The translations under genes and the position numbers were made by a program. DNA of 64,000 nucleotides, from assembly GCF_009914755.1 (NCBI RefSeq), contig NC_060934.1; one strand, written 5' to 3'. Shown here in pieces: positions 58,270-64,000 of this stretch. The notes below the pieces were generated by a model. The model was not told where the DNA came from and did no database searches. It worked only from the letters and a program-made list of their open reading frames with translations. Within the stretch, counting starts at the first letter, position 1. Each line of letters starts with the position of its first letter. This stretch comes from the human T2T-CHM13v2.0 reference genome, Homo sapiens.

Positions 58270-59798
58270 TAACTATATCATTATTTGAATCTTTGGTATT
58301 TAAAGAATGAGTAATAAATAAATAAGTAGCAGAAATGAAACTGTCAATCAAAGGAAAAGTAAAAGCCATTATTTTGTATTTGAACACATGAATATGAGAT
58401 TTATAAATAAAACATCAATATCTATAAGCTGAATTTAAAGGCCTGAACAAACTAAATATTAATTAAATTGCATGTAACTGTATTTCATTCTGGCCCACAG
58501 CCCTTTTAGACATTAAAAACCCACTGGAAAGAATTACTCTTCCATACAAACGAAATATGCTTCTATTGCCTCTAAAGGACAAGACCTATGGATGTACTCA
58601 TTGCACAGCCATTAAGATTAGCTGAATTAAGAATTAATTTCAAAAAAGAAGTATTTATATTTGAAGTTAGATGTGCGTATACATTTTATCAGTCAACAAA
58701 TATTAAATGCCTACTCTATGCCAGGCACTATTTTCAGATGATACAGATAAGCTGTAAGCAAGAAACACAAAGTGCTCTTGAATCATTAGCATGATTTGTT
58801 TTAAGAGTACTGACTTACATCATCAAAGTATCCAATTGCTAATGTCTGACTCAGGCAAAATATTTCTATTTCAATAAGTCAAGCTATTAGTGGCCATATA
58901 GTACACTGCGCAAGGGGGAAATCTCCTCAAAGATTGCATAGAAAATTAAGGAGTTAATTCCATTTCTGTTCCGTGTTGCAATGGAATTTTGTATTCCAGA
59001 CTTTTCACACATGTCTCTTTCCCTGAAGGCACCAAGGATTACAAATTTAGAATCAAATATTTCTGACCATAAAAGTTAACTATCCAAATCTTTAACCACA
59101 TTTAAACTTGCACATGGTCCGGGCAAGGAAAAATTCACAAATGCCAATATTTATTGAGGTAAAAATGTAAATTATGAGAAACCACCTAGGCACCTTAAAA
59201 TAGAACACAGGACTCCATGTTTTATTAAATTTGTGCTATTTCTCCTACTATAGTTACCATCAGAAACACGTTCCATTTTAAGGGTTTTTTTTTGCAGTAT
59301 TTTTTTTATTTTTAAAAAAGCTGTAAAACTCAAAGCTAAAATTTGGAGTCACTTTAAATTTGAGTCATGAACCAATAAATTTTACAACTTTGGAGTGTTG
59401 AAATGGTGTCATAGGAGTTTGAGGTTGACACACATAGTTGGATCATTTAATAGTCATGGATGGCATGAAAAACTATATATTTTAGTAAAAGAACTCTTTG
59501 AATGTTTTGACAAACAAACACCAAAACTGGGTTTTGTAATTTTTCTCTTAATTGTTAAAATAGTTGGATTTGTGGCATAATAATTTTGCATATGTATATT
59601 TCAATTCATATACTAAATGTACTTATATTTACTTTTTGCTATTTTCATGTTATTTATACAACATATACTTACTGAGTGCCAATTATGTGCCAGATACTCT
59701 TCTAGGCTTTAGTGTGAGCAAAAGCAGGTGTGATACCTATTTTTATTTAACTTTTAGTTCAGTAGGGGAGAGAGACATTAGTTAATCAAATAATTACC

Positions 59799-60105
59799 AG
59801 GTGGATGTGGTGGCTCACGCCTGTAATCTCAGCTCTTTGGGAGGGCAAGGTGGGAGGATCACTTGAGGCTAGCAGTTCAAAAACTAGCCTGGTCAACATA
59901 GCAAGGCTCCATTTCTACAAAAAATGTTTAAAAAATAGCCAGGCATAGTGGTGCACGCTTGTAGTCCTGGCTACTTGGGAGGCTGAGGTGGGAGGATTGC
60001 TTGAGGCCAGGAGGCCAGGAATTTGAAGTTACAGTGAGCTATTATCATGCCGCTATACTCCAACCTGGGTAACAAAGTGAGATCCTGTCTTGCTAAAAAA
60101 AAAAA
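59799..60105 (+). mobile_element. AluJ-type element
   Basis: gggaggatcacttgaggc; gtgagctat. Confidence 0.9.
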
Positions 60106-60280
60106 TTATGAAACCAAGAAAGCAGTTTAACTGACAAGAGCTAAAAAGGAGATCATGCAGTACTAACTTAGAAGGGGCATTTGATCTAGTCAAGGAAGGA
60201 TGGAGGGGTAGGCTTCTTGGAGGAAATGGCCTTGGGTTGAGATCTGAGGATCTTGGAGTTAATTCCGTTAAGAAAGGAGG

Positions 60281-60726
<446 letters not shown>

Positions 60727-61905
60727 TCAGATCATAGGGTCACTGTAAGCCACCATCAAGAAAGAGTATGTCTTTATCTTCATGTGTGTGCATTTGAGAA
60801 CCCCTGCTTCTGTCTGCAATGTGGAGAAAAGATGGGACAGAGACCAGTGTGGGAGAAAAGAAGACCAATTTGGAGACTGTGCCAATAATCTCTGAGTGAG
60901 GCCTGATGGTAGAGGTGATGTTAGTAGCAGAGACAAAGACACTTCAAAATTGGAATTGGCAGGGCTTTGTGATGGATTGATAATAAGAAAGCTGGATTGG
61001 ATTGGTGGGCAAAGATGTTAACAATGAAATATAATTAAATACACAATTAAAGCTAACAGTAAAATTGTATTAAGTCTAATTAGGACACATACATCTTCAT
61101 GGTAGAAGGCTCAATAACTGTATTAGATGACATTACTTCAGTAAAAATGACTTAGGTCTTATAGTATAGTTTGAATTCACATCTGTTATATTAAAGAAAA
61201 TTTACCTTTAACACATTGACTTCCTTTATCCCTCTTCTCTAAATGCTTTTCATTTTAACTGAAAATCAATATCATTATATTCAATTTTTTGTCAGTGATA
61301 GATTTTGAAAATATCATGAACTTTAGGATTATATTTTTTCCATTTAACTGCCTGTGAATTTTTACCTTTTAAAATAAAAACTCTTGGTTTTATAAACTCC
61401 TACTATAATCCAAATTTTACTAAATTAAATTGAAAACCCACCAAATGAAGGCAATGGTATTCACTTTGACTTAAATTTATACCCACATACATAAAACTGT
61501 AGAAACTTCACAACTGGGCTTACTTTTTAAACCAAAGGAAATTCCCAATATATTTGCAATAGCTCCTGTGTCATTCACGAATCTAGGCTTTAACATAATA
61601 TAATCTGGTCACCCTTTCCTGTTTGGGACTGAGTCAACTTTAATGGAAATTACACATGCACTAGGGGAGACGAAGCTAATTTAATGTGAAAGAAGCAATT
61701 GCAATGCCAGGGCCTCACAGATTCTACTCTCCATTCATTTTCATTAAGATTGCGAGGCAGATCAGGCTTTCCTTCTCCCTTCATTCCCTTTCTCTCCCCA
61801 GCCTCCATTCCGGGAGGGGTCTTTTTTTTTATCAGGGAAGAAAAGCAGAGCATAAGGACACTATGCATGTGTGCTATGAAGGTGATCAATGTCCACAAGA
61901 GAAGA

Positions 61906-62383
61906 TATTACTGAGCAATCAATGGGCTCACTGTCTGATGCACATAGAGGCCAATACCATGGCATCAGCTTTTGAGAAAAGAAAAGCTTTATTGTGAGTC
62001 AACTGGCAAGGAGGCCGGAAGAAACACTCTAATCTGTCTCCCCAAGCTGGAGTTTGGGTTGGATTTTATAAGCATAGGGTAATGAGGTGTGATCTGATTG
62101 GCTCTTGCAATGAGGCGATGCCAGGAGGTGTGGTCTGACTGGATCCTGCTATGGGGTGACGCTAAAGCTTGTTCTGATTGGATCCCAGGTTCTGCCATGC
62201 GGTGTCCCCTTCTTTATTCAGTTCCTTGGTACAAGTACTTAGGTTCCCTCTGCGATTGCATGCTTGGTTTAACTGGGCATGCTCAAGTTATGTGACCTTC
62301 AACCTGGGAGACCATGGCAACTAAAAAACAACTCACAACTTTGTTACATAAAAGTTGACCCAGATTGGTCTGGTGTGGTTACA
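61906..62383 (-). mobile_element. ERV1 solo LTR (MER66-like)
   Basis: Reverse complement starts TGTAACCACACCAGACCAATCTGG; 4-bp TSD AAGA (61902-61905 / 62384-62387); minus-strand TATA (about 62064) and AATAAA (about 61988). Confidence 0.75.
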
Positions 62384-63609
62384 AAGAGAGGAGCATTATA
62401 GTAGTGTAGGTTTTTCCTTCTCCAAGGGACTTAAGATCCTCTCCCAAAGGACAGACGCTGCCCCTCTAGCCTTCTCGAGGAGAAAACCAAAATAATCAAT
62501 TGACTGGAATTGGAAGATGGAGAGAGGAAGAGATAGGGGTAAGAATGCTGAGAGAAAAAAAGACAGAAAGATGAGATTAACGAACACCTCTCTGATGCGT
62601 CCTTTAAGTACTGGGAGGGAACTTGAGGCCAAAACAAACAAACTAACTAACAAAAAACACCACCACAAAAACCCGAACATCTGTTCTGTGACTTAATTTG
62701 GTCTTTGTATATTTGTGATCTGCTTATTTAATAAGACTTTTCTGTCTGGTAAGAAATCGTGCCTTCACACCCTTGCAGATATAGGCTTAAGCAAGAGTTT
62801 ATATTTACTACAGTATTAATGCTGTCAATTGTATCTTTACTTTTCCAAAGACTTAGATTTAAAATAAAATACCCCCTTTTATGGAACCTAGTTTGATAGA
62901 TTTTTCTATTTTGACACCTTGTTTTATAATACTCTTCTGTTATTATTTTTACTACCAGAGTCATCCTAAAGATTCAGTTCCCTTGGGGTACTGCAATATG
63001 TGGTTTGTTCTTGAATCAAATATAGTATTTCTTCCAGTCTATACTAAGTAATTCAAAGCCTAGCATCCCGGATAGTTCCTGCTGTAAAATAAATAATGCC
63101 ACAGTTATTGGATGAAAGCCAGCTATACAAGTGAACTAGACAGACGGTAAAACTCTAGGTACCTGACATACTTGTAAATGTCTTGGGATAAAGTGGCCCT
63201 AGCTGTTGGTTATGCACAAGTTGCCATGCTTTGGGCCATCTGGTCCTGTTGCTTTGGCCACAATCAATTAGACTCTGGAAATTTTCAAAACACCAGTCAT
63301 TAAGGGCTCTTCATACTAAAATGGGATTACCCAGCCCAGTCAGGTTCTTCCTCACTGAGAACTTGGGTTCAAGATACCCAGAGAGTAGAAGTGAAGAGGA
63401 AGCGATGGAGAGAAGCTGTGTCATGAATGTAGTGGAGTCACCAGAATAGGGAGCAGTGGAAGTCTACTTGGAGCCACGTCTCCAGATGTATTGAACACCA
63501 GAAATAACCACTGTGATGGTAAGTCCATCATGTCTTGACCAATGCTCCCCAATCTCCAGTGAGGCTGGACTATGCTGACACATCTCTGGGTCTTTCTGAT
63601 TTTCTCTAT

Positions 63610-63760
63610 TGTCTTAGTTCCTGCTGCTGTAACAAAATACCACAGGCTGGATAATTTATAAATAATGGAAATGTGTTACTTATCGTCCCAGAGGCTAGAA
63701 AGTCCAAGAGCAAGTGAGCTGGCAGATTTGGGGTCTGATGAGGGCCTAGTCCTCACACTT
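63610..63760 (-). mobile_element. MaLR LTR 3' fragment (MLT1A/MSTD-like)
   Basis: tgtcttagt...ctgctgtaacaaaataccacaggctgg...gaaagtccaaga. Confidence 0.75.
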
Positions 63761-63779
63761 ACCTAATCTTTCACCCAGT

Positions 63780-64000
63780 GTTTTTTTTCCTTTTTTAATT
63801 GACAAATAAAAATTGTACATATTTGTGTTATCAGAACATGATGTTCTAATATATGTATACATTGTAGAATTTGGCTAAATCAAGCTAATTAACGTATGCA
63901 TTACACATATACATTTTTCTAGTTAGAAGACTTATGATCTACTCTAAGCATTTTCAAGTATGCAATACATTGTTATTAGTATAGTCACCATGTTGCATAC
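63780..64000 (-). mobile_element. L1MA-type 3' end, runs off the window
   Basis: aattgacaaataaaaattgta...ggctaaatcaagctaattaac...atagtcaccatgttg. Confidence 0.85.

Overview
Human (primate) genomic DNA, rich in Alu and L1 repeats. The only supportable protein-coding feature is exon 1 of DNAJC1 (ERdj1/MTJ1, an ER-membrane J-protein; chr10p12 from recall) on the minus strand. Its CDS runs 12459->12238 (74 codons, phase-0 donor CAG|GTAAGC) inside a CpG-island promoter at about 12050-13000. Bases 1-12237 are intron 1. About 13000-64000 is upstream sequence with no recognisable gene, dominated by interspersed repeats: about 24 Alu/FLAM/FRAM copies, old L1M and L2 LINEs, MIRs, MaLR/ERV1/ERVL solo LTRs and DNA-transposon relics. 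Nearly all other ORFs in the track are Alu/L1/L2-derived or chance ORFs. I found no evidence for a new multi-gene biological system. The most unusual observations are: a 44-bp ERV-L integrase fragment captured inside an Alu between CCAGG direct repeats; a multi-layer LTR/Alu nest; a MER53 (miR-1302-family) hairpin with one arm deleted; a promoter motif set (G4, ETS, CRE-like, X-box, XBP1-like); intronic IRF elements; and a CTCF core. Repeat subfamily names are from recalled consensus sequences and need RepeatMasker/Dfam confirmation; most repeat boundaries are approximate.
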